A stretch of DNA of 64,000 nt from a virus. The translations under genes were made by a program, and so were the position numbers. Where the stretch lies: positions 6,227 through 70,226 of the IMG/VR virus record IMGVR_UViG_3300047445_000457; one strand, given 5' to 3'. Shown piece after piece: positions 9,288-18,625 of the stretch. The notes below the pieces were generated by a model that ran no database searches, had not been told where the DNA came from, and saw only the letters and a program-made list of their open reading frames with translations. Numbering within the stretch: the first letter of the stretch is position 1; the number at the start of each line of letters is the position of its first letter.

Positions 9288-11528
9288 TCAGAGCGGCATG
9301 CTGGCGGACTCGCCAGCGTTGGCGGCTTGCTCTTTCGCCTTGGCGTACAGTCGTGCGGCGGCCTTGCGGATGGCCGGGTTCGGGTTGGTCTTGGCGATTT
9401 CCTGGTACTTGGCCGGACCGTCCAGCGGGCCGATCAGCTTTTCCTGTACCCAGGTTTCCAGGGCGGCGTCCGTCATGCCGGTTGCGGCCGGCGCTGCAGC
9501 GCGCGGGGGCGTCTGTGCCGCATTCTTTTGCGGCGCAGGACCCGTGCCGCCTTTCCCCTGGTGCGGGGTGGATCTGGCCGCCACCGTCTTGTACGCCGCC
9601 TGCACCTTGGCGGCGTAGTCCGGGTCCTCGGCGTAGCCGCCCGTCTTCAACGCTGCGCCGAACCTGGCTGCGTCCGCACCTGCGCCGACTGCGCCGGGGT
9701 ACTTGCGGCGGATCAGGTCAACATACTGGTCCGCGAACTCATCGGGGCTGGCGAAGGCGCGGTACTTGTCCACGCTGCCGGTCTGGTTGTCGGTCGCCTC
9801 GACGCCCTCGCCGGAGAAGTCCTTGATGTTGCCGAGGTTATTCGTGCCGGGGACGATGGATTGGCCCCAGCCGGTTTCCAGACCCCAATGCCCCAGCACT
9901 ACGCTCGGGTCGACCCCGAGCGCTTCGCCAGCGCGCTTGGCGGCGGCACCGTAGCTGTTGGCATAGTCCGCTTGCTGCGCGTTCGGCTGGGCATCGCCCT
10001 GCTGCGGCGTGGCGCGGATCGCATGTTTCAGGTACTCGGCGCGCAGGCGGCGCAGCTCGGCCACCGGGTCCAGCATCTTCGGGTCGTTGGCCGCTTTCGG
10101 GTCCTTGGCGGCTTTGGCGACGTTAGCGGTGGCCAGCGCCTTGAGCTGGTTGTTCACGCCCACCGCCACCCCGGCGCCGCTCATGGCGTCGCCGCCGTGC
10201 TGGCGGGCGTAGTCGATGCCGACCGTCTTGGCGAAGGTGAAGCCGTCGCCGTCGTAGACTTCGTTGCCGTCCTGGTCCTTGGCCTTGGTCGTGGCCACCA
10301 GGTAGGCGTCGGCCTCCTTGGTCCAGTTCGCGGCCTGCTCGGCGCTCTGGGCCTGCTTTACCTTGAGCGCCTCTTCCTGCAGGCGGCGCTGCTCGCGCAT
10401 GTTCTTGGCCTGGTCCTCGCGGTAGCCGGCATTCGTGTCGGCGTTCTTCCTCGCCGCTTCCACCATGCCGGTCTTGTAGTCCGTTTCGCTCTTGCGCTGG
10501 GCCGCCTTATCCATCACCTCGAGGCGATCTTTCAGTGCCATCGTCTGGAACTGGTTGAGCGAGGTGTCGATGTCGGTGCGGCTGCCGTCATTGTTGGCAA
10601 TTTGCAGCTTCCAGGTCGGCACTTCCATACCGTTCGGCAGCGTGGTCGTGGCCTGCTGGGGCGTGCCGACGATGCGCCCGCGATTCTCTCCGAGGCCGTT
10701 GTACAGGGCCATGCCGCCCGCGAAATCGCCATGCGCAAACGCCTCCATGGCCTGCGTCACGCCCTCGGTGCGCATCTTGTTCAGCAGCTCGCGGGTCTGC
10801 ACGTAGGCCTGCGGATTGACGTCGCCGCGCTTGGCAGCGGAGTTCAGCATGGTCTCGTACATGCCCAGCATGCTGCGCATGTCGCGCGGCTTGGGGATGC
10901 CGGCCGGCTGCTGCACCAGTGGGGCGACGTCGCCGGATGCGGGTGCGGTTGGTGCCACCTGTGCGATTGGTGCCGCCTGCGCAATCGGTGCTGCCGGTGC
11001 CGCCTGTGCAATCGGTGCTGCCGGTGCGGCTGGCGCAGCCGTCATGTCCGGTGCGATCGCGCGCTGCGGCGGCGGGCCTTCCAGTCCATCGACCAGCGGC
11101 GTCGCCAGCTTGCTTGCGGTTGCCATCGGGGCCGGGGTAATGTCCGCTGCCGGATCGGCCACCGGCAAGGTCTGCGGACCGCCATCATCCGGCGCAGTGC
11201 CGCCTGCCGCCGGGGCGGAGGGCATTGCCGGGGCGGGCGCCGCTGCGGCACTCGGCGCAGCCGGCGTGCCGGCGGTCGGTGCGGTGGCGCCGCTTGCGGG
11301 CGGATCCTGCCAGTAGTCGGCGGCGGTCTTCTTATTAGCGTCGCGCACGCGGTCGGCCTCGCTCCACTCGTAGCGCTGGCGCGAACGCAGTTCGTCCTGG
11401 TAGGCGCGGTCGGCCTTCTTCGCCTCATCCTCCACGCGGCGGCGCTCGGTGTCTTCCTGGCGGCGCTGCTCGTCGCGGTAAGCGTTGTAGCCGGCGGCGG
11501 CGCCGGTCAAGTTGATTCCAAAACCCAT
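9288..11528 (-). CDS. Ejection/internal virion protein with C-terminal GH73 (FlgJ-like) peptidoglycan hydrolase domain
   Basis: GHWGLETGWG, NNLGNIK and GGYAEDPDYAAKV motifs; Pro/Ala linker; located among ejection genes. Confidence 0.85.
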   Translation of the reverse strand: MGFGINLTGAAAGYNAYRDEQRRQEDTERRRVEDEAKKADRAYQDELRSRQRYEWSEADRVRDANKKTAADYWQDPPASGATAPTAGTPAAPSAAAAPAPAMPSAPAAGGTAPDDGGPQTLPVADPAADITPAPMATASKLATPLVDGLEGPPPQRAIAPDMTAAPAAPAAPIAQAAPAAPIAQAAPIAQVAPTAPASGDVAPLVQQPAGIPKPRDMRSMLGMYETMLNSAAKRGDVNPQAYVQTRELLNKMRTEGVTQAMEAFAHGDFAGGMALYNGLGENRGRIVGTPQQATTTLPNGMEVPTWKLQIANNDGSRTDIDTSLNQFQTMALKDRLEVMDKAAQRKSETDYKTGMVEAARKNADTNAGYREDQAKNMREQRRLQEEALKVKQAQSAEQAANWTKEADAYLVATTKAKDQDGNEVYDGDGFTFAKTVGIDYARQHGGDAMSGAGVAVGVNNQLKALATANVAKAAKDPKAANDPKMLDPVAELRRLRAEYLKHAIRATPQQGDAQPNAQQADYANSYGAAAKRAGEALGVDPSVVLGHWGLETGWGQSIVPGTNNLGNIKDFSGEGVEATDNQTGSVDKYRAFASPDEFADQYVDLIRRKYPGAVGAGADAARFGAALKTGGYAEDPDYAAKVQAAYKTVAARSTPHQGKGGTGPAPQKNAAQTPPRAAAPAATGMTDAALETWVQEKLIGPLDGPAKYQEIAKTNPNPAIRKAAARLYAKAKEQAANAGESASMPL

Positions 11529-11537
11529 GTTGCGCTC

Positions 11538-11795
11538 CTACTCCCCGGCTGGGGTGGTTGGGACTTCGAGGCGGGGCGACACCATGAACCTCACGGACTC
11601 GATGCGGCCGATCTCCATGGTCAACAGGCGCGCGCCCCGGTAGGCATCGGCGCGGCGCTCAAAGCGCTCGCGGCTGCGGTCAAGCAGGTGTTGCCCCTGC
11701 GCCGACAGGCGATCCAGCGTGCCGCCCTTCAAGGCACGATTCGGCATGCACCACAGGCGCATGAAACCTGCGCTTCCCGGCATGGCGGGGTCCAT
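11538..11795 (-). CDS. Hypothetical protein
   Basis: 85-aa ORF filling the gap, translationally coupled to the upstream gene. Confidence 0.5.
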   Translation of the reverse strand: MDPAMPGSAGFMRLWCMPNRALKGGTLDRLSAQGQHLLDRSRERFERRADAYRGARLLTMEIGRIESVRFMVSPRLEVPTTPAGE

Positions 11796-12508
11796 CAGGT
11801 GCCGATGCTCTCGCCGCTCGGCAGCGTATAACCGTCATTGCCACCGCTATACATATTCGCGTCGGTCATGCCGTTGCCGGACGAGGACGTGAACTTGCTC
11901 CAGTCGACCTTCGACAGTCCGCCGATCGCCGCGCCGGCGAGCTGGCCGGCCGCCGCGCCCTGCGCATTGGCCTGCTGCTGCTGGCTGTTCGCCACCGCAT
12001 TCGCGGTGCTGGCCGCGTTGGCGAAGCCGGTCGAGGCGTTGGCCACCAGCCCCTTGCCCATGCCGAGCATGTCGAGCTGGTGGGCGTAGGCGCTGTCCTT
12101 GACCTGTTTTCTCGCCGTGTTCTGCGCGGTCGCGCCCATCGCGGCGCCGGACAGGGCCAGGTTCGTTTGCGCCGCCTGCGCGGCAGCCGACGACGGATCG
12201 AAACCGACCTGGCGCGACAGACGATCCTGCGCCTTGCCGATCTCGCTCGAGACGTTGGCCTGCGCCTCCGCGGCGGCGGCATTGCGCGCCTCGGGGGTGT
12301 CGTAGTTCTTGGCGTCCATCACCATCTGCGTTTCGAGCGGCTGGTAGTTGGCCTTGTAGCTGTCCCACTGGTCCTGCGCGATCCGGCCCTGGTAGGCGTT
12401 GGCTTCAAGCGCCGCCTTCTGGGACTCGGCGGCGTTTTTCGACGCCTTGTTCGACGCGACCCCACCGACCACCGCCGAAGTAACTGCTGCTGCTGCTGCC
12501 CATGGCAT
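11795..12508 (-). CDS. DNA ejection/pilot-type protein
   Basis: Gly/Ala-rich hydrophobic N-terminus (MPWAAAAAVTSAVVGGVAS), Ala/Gln-rich helices; position typical of podovirus ejection proteins. Confidence 0.65.
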   Translation of the reverse strand: MPWAAAAAVTSAVVGGVASNKASKNAAESQKAALEANAYQGRIAQDQWDSYKANYQPLETQMVMDAKNYDTPEARNAAAAEAQANVSSEIGKAQDRLSRQVGFDPSSAAAQAAQTNLALSGAAMGATAQNTARKQVKDSAYAHQLDMLGMGKGLVANASTGFANAASTANAVANSQQQQANAQGAAAGQLAGAAIGGLSKVDWSKFTSSSGNGMTDANMYSGGNDGYTLPSGESIGT

Positions 12509-12509
12509 A

Positions 12510-12818
12510 TCAGCTCTCCTTAATGAGTTCGTGGTCGATCTTGTCCGGGTCCGTCTCGCCGGTTGCGTGTATGCAGAACCAGACGATGCCGGTGACGGCC
12601 TCGATGTGGTGGACGGCGCCGGCGCGGATCGCCAGGCATTCCGGGCCGATGTGCTGCGTGGTTTCGCCGTCGACGGTGACGCGGGCGATGCCGCTGGCCA
12701 GGATGCTCAGGTGATCGAAGTTGTGGCGGTGCGTGTCGGCCTGGTGCCCGGCGGGCAAGACCATCTTGCGGGCATACTCGCGCCCGGAAAAATAGTGTTC
12801 AATCTGCAGGTCAAGCAT
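12510..12818 (-). CDS. Cupin-domain protein (102 aa)
   Basis: HRHNFDHLSILASG and AGAVHHIEA cupin motifs. Confidence 0.8.
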   Translation of the reverse strand: MLDLQIEHYFSGREYARKMVLPAGHQADTHRHNFDHLSILASGIARVTVDGETTQHIGPECLAIRAGAVHHIEAVTGIVWFCIHATGETDPDKIDHELIKES

Positions 12819-13389
12819 GTCGGAGCCCCTTGAAGCGGTCGGTCTTGATGCACACGATGAGCGCGAGCCGGTCGACGCCTGACCCGTTGGTGACGCCATG
12901 CGGCACGCCGTTGTCGAACCAGAACAGATCCCCCGGCTGCGCCACCAGGTCGCCGTTCGGGAAGTGGAACAGCGCGCCCGGTTCGTTCTGGACGGCGACA
13001 TAGAATTTCTCGTAGTAGCCGGCATGCCAGCCGCGGTCGACGTGCAGGGCGATTTCGCCGCCTGGCGGGAGCCTGGTAATCAGCACGCCGCCCAGGCGCT
13101 CGCCTTCCACGAAGGCCATCAGCGGGAACAGGATCGGCTTCAGTTCCGGCAACGCGGCGTAGGCCGGATACCACACTGCGTCGTGCTCGTCGTTGAAGTG
13201 CGGGCCGAGCCTGTCGATGTGGTTGTAGCGCACCCAGATGTCCGTCATGCCGGCGTGCGGCGACTGGTAGCTGTCGGCGCGCGCCCGGTGCTGCCCGAAC
13301 AGGTGCGGCCTGGCCATGAGCGCGGCGCGCAGCGGCTCGACGTCGATGCCGGTGGCGATGTGCAGGAAGTGCGTCGAACCAGGATCCAT
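12811..13389 (-). CDS. Asp/Asn beta-hydroxylase-like 2OG-Fe(II) oxygenase
   Basis: LPPGGEIALHVD (HxD) and WFDNGVPHGVTN...DRLALIVCI motifs. Confidence 0.85.
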   Translation of the reverse strand: MDPGSTHFLHIATGIDVEPLRAALMARPHLFGQHRARADSYQSPHAGMTDIWVRYNHIDRLGPHFNDEHDAVWYPAYAALPELKPILFPLMAFVEGERLGGVLITRLPPGGEIALHVDRGWHAGYYEKFYVAVQNEPGALFHFPNGDLVAQPGDLFWFDNGVPHGVTNGSGVDRLALIVCIKTDRFKGLRHA

Positions 13390-13533
13390 GTTTTCGGCCG
13401 GCGCCGTCTCGCTATAGTTGACGTCCTGAAATTCTAGGGCGCGCTACCATATCCAGAAATCATTTTTGAAATTTCCTGGCAGCCGGGTGTATCCTTTCGG
13501 TCCCTTGCCAATATTTACTAGGAGCAGCATCGC

Positions 13534-14208
13534 GTGAGTGAGCGAAACGGTCCCGAAAAGATGGACCCGGCGACGCAGGCCATGGCCGACTGCATGGCCA
13601 TGGTCCGGGGCGAGCATGCGGTGCCGCCGCTGACGTCGCAGGACGTGGCCCGGATCGAGAGCGAGTGGGTGGCGTCGCTGCCGGGTCCGGGCTACCTGGT
13701 GCTGTCGTCGCTGCATGTCGTGCGACGCCTGATCGACGCCGGCGCGACCGGCAGGGCCATCGAACACTTGGGTAACGCGCTGCGCCTGATCGAGCACTAC
13801 CGGCTCGGCATGACCGAGTGGCCGGATGAGGGGGGAGTCCCCGCCGCACCTAATCCCCCCGAATTCGAGGGAATTAGGGCGCAGCCGGTGGCGGAACTGG
13901 TCGCCGCAGCCAATGCGGTGGTCGAGCGATGGCACTCGAAGGACTGGAAGCAGCCGCATACTGCGGAATTCATCGGCAGGCTGGCGGCGGCGGTCGGTGC
14001 CGTGAAGTTCCCCCGGCCCGAGCTGTACACCTGCATCGGCAAGGACGGGACCTACGCGCTGGTCGGCGGGGCCAAACCGGCCGGCGAGCTGCGCGATCTC
14101 GTGCAGGGCAAGGGCTTGACCGTCTACCGCGACGTGCTCAGCCAGGCCGTGTACGTGCGCATCGACAGCGACTTCGACCAGCGCATGGCGCGCATCGGAA
14201 ATGACTGA
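13534..14208 (+). CDS. Hypothetical phage protein (moron-like cassette)
   Basis: AGGAG SD; 224-aa ORF opposite to the late genes. Confidence 0.7.
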   Translation: MSERNGPEKMDPATQAMADCMAMVRGEHAVPPLTSQDVARIESEWVASLPGPGYLVLSSLHVVRRLIDAGATGRAIEHLGNALRLIEHYRLGMTEWPDEGGVPAAPNPPEFEGIRAQPVAELVAAANAVVERWHSKDWKQPHTAEFIGRLAAAVGAVKFPRPELYTCIGKDGTYALVGGAKPAGELRDLVQGKGLTVYRDVLSQAVYVRIDSDFDQRMARIGND

Positions 14209-14344
14209 CCCGACCGCCCGCGCCGTCGCCTCGGTTGCCGCCTCTGCCGCCTGTGCCGCGATAGGCTGGGCACAGTCCATGATCAGTTTCATGGCCCTTG
14301 TCGGCGTCGTCCTGTCGGCCTATTTCATCTGGAAAGACGCATGA
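14201..14344 (+). CDS. Small membrane protein (47 aa)
   Basis: MTDPTARAVASVAASAACAAIGWAQSMISFMALVGVVLSAYFIWKDA; start overlaps upstream stop. Confidence 0.55.
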   Translation: MTDPTARAVASVAASAACAAIGWAQSMISFMALVGVVLSAYFIWKDA

Positions 14345-14477
14345 GCTTCCACGTCCCCGAACAATTCCGCGTTCGCAGCACCCAAGGATAGCCAGGCGTA
14401 GGCAACGGCCTTTTTCGTTGTTGATCGGCGGCACGCGGCAGGCTATGCTGTCCGTTTATCAATCCCGCGACCCCACC

Positions 14478-14972
14478 ATGATGAGTCAGGCCCGTTTCCA
14501 GGCAATGTACAGCGGCATGTCCACGATCGCCAGGAAAGTGTACGACGCGGTGCCGATCGCGGCCCACTGGAACCCCGGCCAGGTCGTCGGCGAACTGTCG
14601 CGCACCGGCAGCAACATCGAATACCGCACCGTGGCCGGCTGCCTGAGCAGCCTGATCGACGCCGGCCTGGTGCAGGAGCCGGTCAAAGGCTATTTCTGCC
14701 GCGAGCCGGTGCGCGAAAAACTCCCCCCGCCGAAAAAGGACCCCATGAAACCGACCGCACCCGCGCCCGCCGTCACCCCGGCGGCGCCCACCTCCCCGCT
14801 CGACCGCCTGGGCGCGCTGTCGGTGCGGGTCGCCGGCATGGCGCAAAGCCTGAAGGAACTGGCGTCTGACATCGGCGACGCCGCGATCGACATCGAAGCC
14901 CAGATCGAAACCAGCCAGGCCGACATGCACAAGCTCAAGCAGCTGCAGGCCATCCTCAAGAGCCTGAACTGA
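14478..14972 (+). CDS. Winged-helix protein with C-terminal coiled coil
   Basis: NPGQVVGEL...TVAGCLSSLIDAGLVQEP wHTH pattern. Confidence 0.7.
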   Translation: MMSQARFQAMYSGMSTIARKVYDAVPIAAHWNPGQVVGELSRTGSNIEYRTVAGCLSSLIDAGLVQEPVKGYFCREPVREKLPPPKKDPMKPTAPAPAVTPAAPTSPLDRLGALSVRVAGMAQSLKELASDIGDAAIDIEAQIETSQADMHKLKQLQAILKSLN

Positions 14973-14995
14973 GCGCGGCCGGCGCATTCCCGTCG

Positions 14996-15024
14996 TTGAC
15001 AATCCGGCATGCTTGCCGGACACT
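14996..15024 (+). promoter_or_regulatory. Sigma70-like promoter with palindromic spacer
   Basis: TTGACA-17 nt-GACACT; TCCGGCA-tgct-TGCCGGA inverted repeat overlaps the spacer. Confidence 0.55.
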
Positions 15025-15029
15025 GGACC

Positions 15030-15094
15030 CGTCTCTTTCAGACATCCCTAGTTTTGGACTTCGGCCCGGCGCTTCATCGCGCCGGGCTTTTTTT
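15030..15094 (+). ncRNA. Candidate small RNA of about 65 nt
   Basis: Lies between that promoter and a strong terminator; no ORF; CU-rich GTCTCTTTC...ATCCCT segment. Confidence 0.4.
15064..15094 (+). terminator. Rho-independent terminator
   Basis: GCCCGGCGC-ttcatc-GCGCCGGGC-TTTTTTT. Confidence 0.85.
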
Positions 15095-15674
15095 ATCCTG
15101 CCACCGGCACCACCAGCATCCCCCACAGCCCCAGCGCATAGCTGCCGCCCATGTCGTTACCCATGTGCAGCGTCAGCGCATAGGTCCCGGCCTCGAGGCG
15201 GAAGCCGTTTGAGGCCACATGCGTGCGGGTGTAGCCGCCGCGCGTGGTGTCACTCTGGGACAGCAGCACGACCCCGCTGCCGTTGTGGATCTCGGCACGG
15301 GTGCCGCCCGTCCTGATGCCGCTGGAGGTCCAGTTCACCGTCGCCTGAAAGCTGGTCGCGCGGTCGAGCACCAGGTTGATGGTGGCGAGCGGGCCGGACA
15401 GCGTGCCAAGCCCGAACGTGCCGCCGCCGGACCCTTTCACGTAGCGGGCGAGCATCCGCGGCGCGGCGCCCTGCTCGCCCACCGCACCCAGGCGCACGAC
15501 TTCGAGCGCCTGGCGCGTGGTGATGAAGGCGTCGTCGCCGCTGCCCGCCAGGTTGTTGCGGACGTTGTGGGTATCCACCAGCGCGCGCAGCACGTCGCGC
15601 ACCTTGCCGTCCCCGATCGCGGCGAGTGACGCGAGCGGGATACCCGGAATGACTTTGCCGGCCTGGTCGGTCAT
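15093..15674 (-). CDS. Tail-associated protein
   Basis: Coupled to the 691-aa gene; its C-terminal beta-rich domain resembles a segment of that protein. Confidence 0.65.
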   Translation of the reverse strand: MTDQAGKVIPGIPLASLAAIGDGKVRDVLRALVDTHNVRNNLAGSGDDAFITTRQALEVVRLGAVGEQGAAPRMLARYVKGSGGGTFGLGTLSGPLATINLVLDRATSFQATVNWTSSGIRTGGTRAEIHNGSGVVLLSQSDTTRGGYTRTHVASNGFRLEAGTYALTLHMGNDMGGSYALGLWGMLVVPVAG

Positions 15675-17749
15675 CACATCGCCTTCAGGTCAGTCGTGGT
15701 TTCGGCCACGCGCAGCTCGCGGAACACGCCGGTGCCGTGGATCGCCACCTGCCAGCGGTCGGACAGGAAGCCGGACGGCAGGCGGAAAGTCACGTTCCCA
15801 TCCAGCCCGGCCTGCGTGTGGCGCAGCACGCCATCGGCGTAGAAATCCACGGTCCAGCTACCGCTGCACACGGCCTGCGCCACGCTGAAATTGCAGGGGC
15901 GTAGCATGATGAAGGTGCGGCTGATCCAGTTGGCCGTCAGCAGCGGCCCGCCCGCCACGCGCACCAGGCTCGACCCGTTAACAACGAAACACTGGTCGGC
16001 CACCGGCGACACGAACGAGCATTGCGCGCGCAGGTTCGGCAACTCCGTCATCGCGCCGCGCGCTTCGTCCAGCCCGAGCATGAAGGGCGTAAAGGCGTCC
16101 TCCGCCGAATACACGATCAGGCGCCCGTCCCAGACCGCGAAGCGCATGCTGGCCAGCCCTGCCCCGTACTTGGCGCGCCACACGTCGCGCGTAAAATAAA
16201 TCTCGGACATGGCCATGGACGGCAGGCCACCGTCGAAGGCCACGATCCCGTCATGCGAGGCGTACACGATCTGCCCGCCCAGGTCCGCCAGCGCCCACTT
16301 CGACGCGCCGGCCTGCTGCGTATTCAGTACGCTGTAGGTCATCGAGTCGGGCGACACGCCGGCCACCACGTAGGGTTTTCCGGTCGTCGTCACCAGCGCG
16401 GAGGCGCCGACCGCGATGGCGCCGACCACGTTGTAGTCGCCAAAGGTCAGCCGGTACTGCGGTGGCCACGACCACGGCTTGTAGGCGTCCGAAAAGTGCA
16501 TTTCATTGCCCTTCCAGGCCATCAAAATACCGTTCGGGAGCTGTAGCAGGCCGACCAGGGCCGGATCCGGCGGGTAGTAGTTCATCGACGCCAGCGCCTC
16601 GTTCAACTCCGCCGCCTGCACGTCGTCGTGGAAGGTCACGGTCCCGGCCCCGACACCCAACACGTCGATCTTGCCGACATAAAAATACTCGGCAATGCTC
16701 GAACTGTCCGGCGTGCGGTAAATCCGCACTTCCTTGAGCGGCGCGTAGTCGTCCGCCGGCGGCGCGTAGGGCACGCTGACGTCGACCGCGCCGAGCGGAA
16801 AGGTGAACATGGCGGGCGGCGACGGCGGGCCTTCCTCGCCGTAGGTATTCACCTGGGTCCAGACATAGGCGCGCGTCACGTCCGGCGGCGGATCCGCTGC
16901 CGGCAGGGTTTCGCCCTCGACCTGGACCGGGATCAGGGTGATCGACCACTGCCCCAGATACCACCAGCCCTGGGTCCAGTCGTTGCCGAAGCTGAGCTGA
17001 AAGACATGCTCGCCGGCGTCCAGCGTCACGGCGCCGGTGGCGGCGCGCGACTCGTTGTACCCGGCCAGGCCGGACGCCGACTGCGCGAGCATCACGGCGC
17101 CGTCCGCCGTCACCTCGACGCGCACATTGAAATTGTCGCCCGGATTGAACGACAGCGATTCCCAGGCCACCAGCACGGCCACGCTGCCGGCTACGGGCAG
17201 GGTGATGTGCGCCGCAGCGACCATCGGCCCCATGCCGGCGCCGGCGTGGTATTCAAAGCCGCTGCTGTTTGTGCTCTGGGTGCCGTGCATGTAGACCGGC
17301 AGCACGCCGGCGTTGGTCGCCGCGCTCGCCGTGCCCGCGGTGCCGCCCGAGCTGGAAAGCGCGATCGACGGCGCGGCGGCGGGGCGCGGCACGCCCACGC
17401 GGTAGCTGCTTGGCGGCGGGCCACCTGCAGCGCTCATGCTATTGCGTGACGCGACACGGAAATCCGTGGTCGTGGTGTAGTACAGCCGGTTGAACAGGTC
17501 GTTCGCCATGGGCGAGCGCACCGCATTGACGTCGGTTGGCCAGGAATAGAACAGGGTGCCGTCGTCGGTGTAGATGCTGGCCGCGCTCGCGCCCAAGGCA
17601 TGTTCCGGCACGTCGGCCGCCGCGCTGCGCAGCTCGCCATAGGCGAAATCGCAGTTGTTCGCGGTCGTCGCGTTGACCGGCGGCAGCAGCGTGTCCGGCA
17701 CGCGCGGCAACAGGCCGGCGAAGCGGGCGAGTTTAATACCATTTGGCAT
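15674..17749 (-). CDS. Podovirus tail nozzle/hub-type protein (691 aa)
   Basis: Beta-rich; YVWTQVNTYGEEGPPS, RIYRT and IVYASHDG segments typical of podovirus tail stabilisation proteins. Confidence 0.7.
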   Translation of the reverse strand: MPNGIKLARFAGLLPRVPDTLLPPVNATTANNCDFAYGELRSAAADVPEHALGASAASIYTDDGTLFYSWPTDVNAVRSPMANDLFNRLYYTTTTDFRVASRNSMSAAGGPPPSSYRVGVPRPAAAPSIALSSSGGTAGTASAATNAGVLPVYMHGTQSTNSSGFEYHAGAGMGPMVAAAHITLPVAGSVAVLVAWESLSFNPGDNFNVRVEVTADGAVMLAQSASGLAGYNESRAATGAVTLDAGEHVFQLSFGNDWTQGWWYLGQWSITLIPVQVEGETLPAADPPPDVTRAYVWTQVNTYGEEGPPSPPAMFTFPLGAVDVSVPYAPPADDYAPLKEVRIYRTPDSSSIAEYFYVGKIDVLGVGAGTVTFHDDVQAAELNEALASMNYYPPDPALVGLLQLPNGILMAWKGNEMHFSDAYKPWSWPPQYRLTFGDYNVVGAIAVGASALVTTTGKPYVVAGVSPDSMTYSVLNTQQAGASKWALADLGGQIVYASHDGIVAFDGGLPSMAMSEIYFTRDVWRAKYGAGLASMRFAVWDGRLIVYSAEDAFTPFMLGLDEARGAMTELPNLRAQCSFVSPVADQCFVVNGSSLVRVAGGPLLTANWISRTFIMLRPCNFSVAQAVCSGSWTVDFYADGVLRHTQAGLDGNVTFRLPSGFLSDRWQVAIHGTGVFRELRVAETTTDLKAM

Positions 17750-17798
17750 GGCTGAGATCCAATGCTAGGATTCCGGTTCAGTGAAATCGGGTGTTGGC

Positions 17799-18101
17799 AT
17801 GACGGAATTGGCTATAGATGAGGTGCGCGGCTGGGTGGATCAGCCAGGCGTTACGGATGTGCAGCAGAAGGGTGATGCCGGGTTTGTCTGCATCAACCGC
17901 TTGATGTACACCCACGCCATCCTGGCGGACCTGACCCACTTGGGGTACGGGGATCGCTGGTGTTACAAGGACTACGACGCGGCCAGGGCGGCGCTGGATG
18001 CCTGGGACGGCCAGGACGGCACCGAACCGAGCGGCTGGCACCGCCACCCCAACAGCGGAAGGCGCCGCGACGAGAACGGCCACGAAACCGTGGCGTTTTG
18101 A
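17799..18101 (+). CDS. Hypothetical phage protein
   Basis: GYGDRWCY...AALDAWDG...EPSGWHRH. Confidence 0.7.
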   Translation: MTELAIDEVRGWVDQPGVTDVQQKGDAGFVCINRLMYTHAILADLTHLGYGDRWCYKDYDAARAALDAWDGQDGTEPSGWHRHPNSGRRRDENGHETVAF

Positions 18102-18119
18102 TAACTACTGATAAGACAC

Positions 18120-18368
18120 ATGACGACGACGAATGAAGACGATTTGCACGCCAAGCTGACCCGCCAGGGCTATCTCGACGTACAGAACAAAGGTGAGGCT
18201 GGCGTGGCCGGGATCACCCGGCTTATGTATGGGTGCGCAGTGGTTGGCGGCCTGGACTCGCGCGGCGCCTATCTGGTCCGCAGGAATTACCCGAACTACG
18301 ATATAGCGAAGGCCGCGCTGGAGGCCTGGGACGGCACTGGCCAACCGCGTCCAGCGATCGCGGCCTAG
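18120..18368 (+). CDS. Hypothetical protein, paralog of the upstream gene
   Basis: Shares DVQxKGxAG, RLMY and AALEAWDG. Confidence 0.7.
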   Translation: MTTTNEDDLHAKLTRQGYLDVQNKGEAGVAGITRLMYGCAVVGGLDSRGAYLVRRNYPNYDIAKAALEAWDGTGQPRPAIAA

Positions 18369-18550
18369 TAATCCTCCAGAAACTCCCCCGGCGGGGTCTG
18401 CCATCCGTTGCGCCAGGCCCGCCACTCTCCCGCCTCTTCCTCCTTGTCATACGGGTTTCCGCCCGTATGAGCCGGGTCCGTGCGCGCGTCGCGGCCCTCA
18501 TTCCACACGCGCAAATAGGTCTCGGCGTCGATCAGGCGCGGTACAGGCAT
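18365..18550 (-). CDS. Rmf-like (ribosome modulation factor fold) small protein
   Basis: EGRDA...NPY...AWRNGW pattern. Confidence 0.55.
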   Translation of the reverse strand: MPVPRLIDAETYLRVWNEGRDARTDPAHTGGNPYDKEEEAGEWRAWRNGWQTPPGEFLEDY

Positions 18551-18625
18551 GGAATATCCCTAATTGAGTACATTCAACGAAATGAGGCAACAGTCAACGT
18601 AGCACCGAGGTGCAGCACACGCACG

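Noticed and set aside
381-11831. Long + strand ORFs (381-1928, 1959-6455, 6525-11831)
   Set aside because: Codon-aligned antisense shadows of the giant minus ORF and ejection genes; R/H/G/V-rich with no motifs
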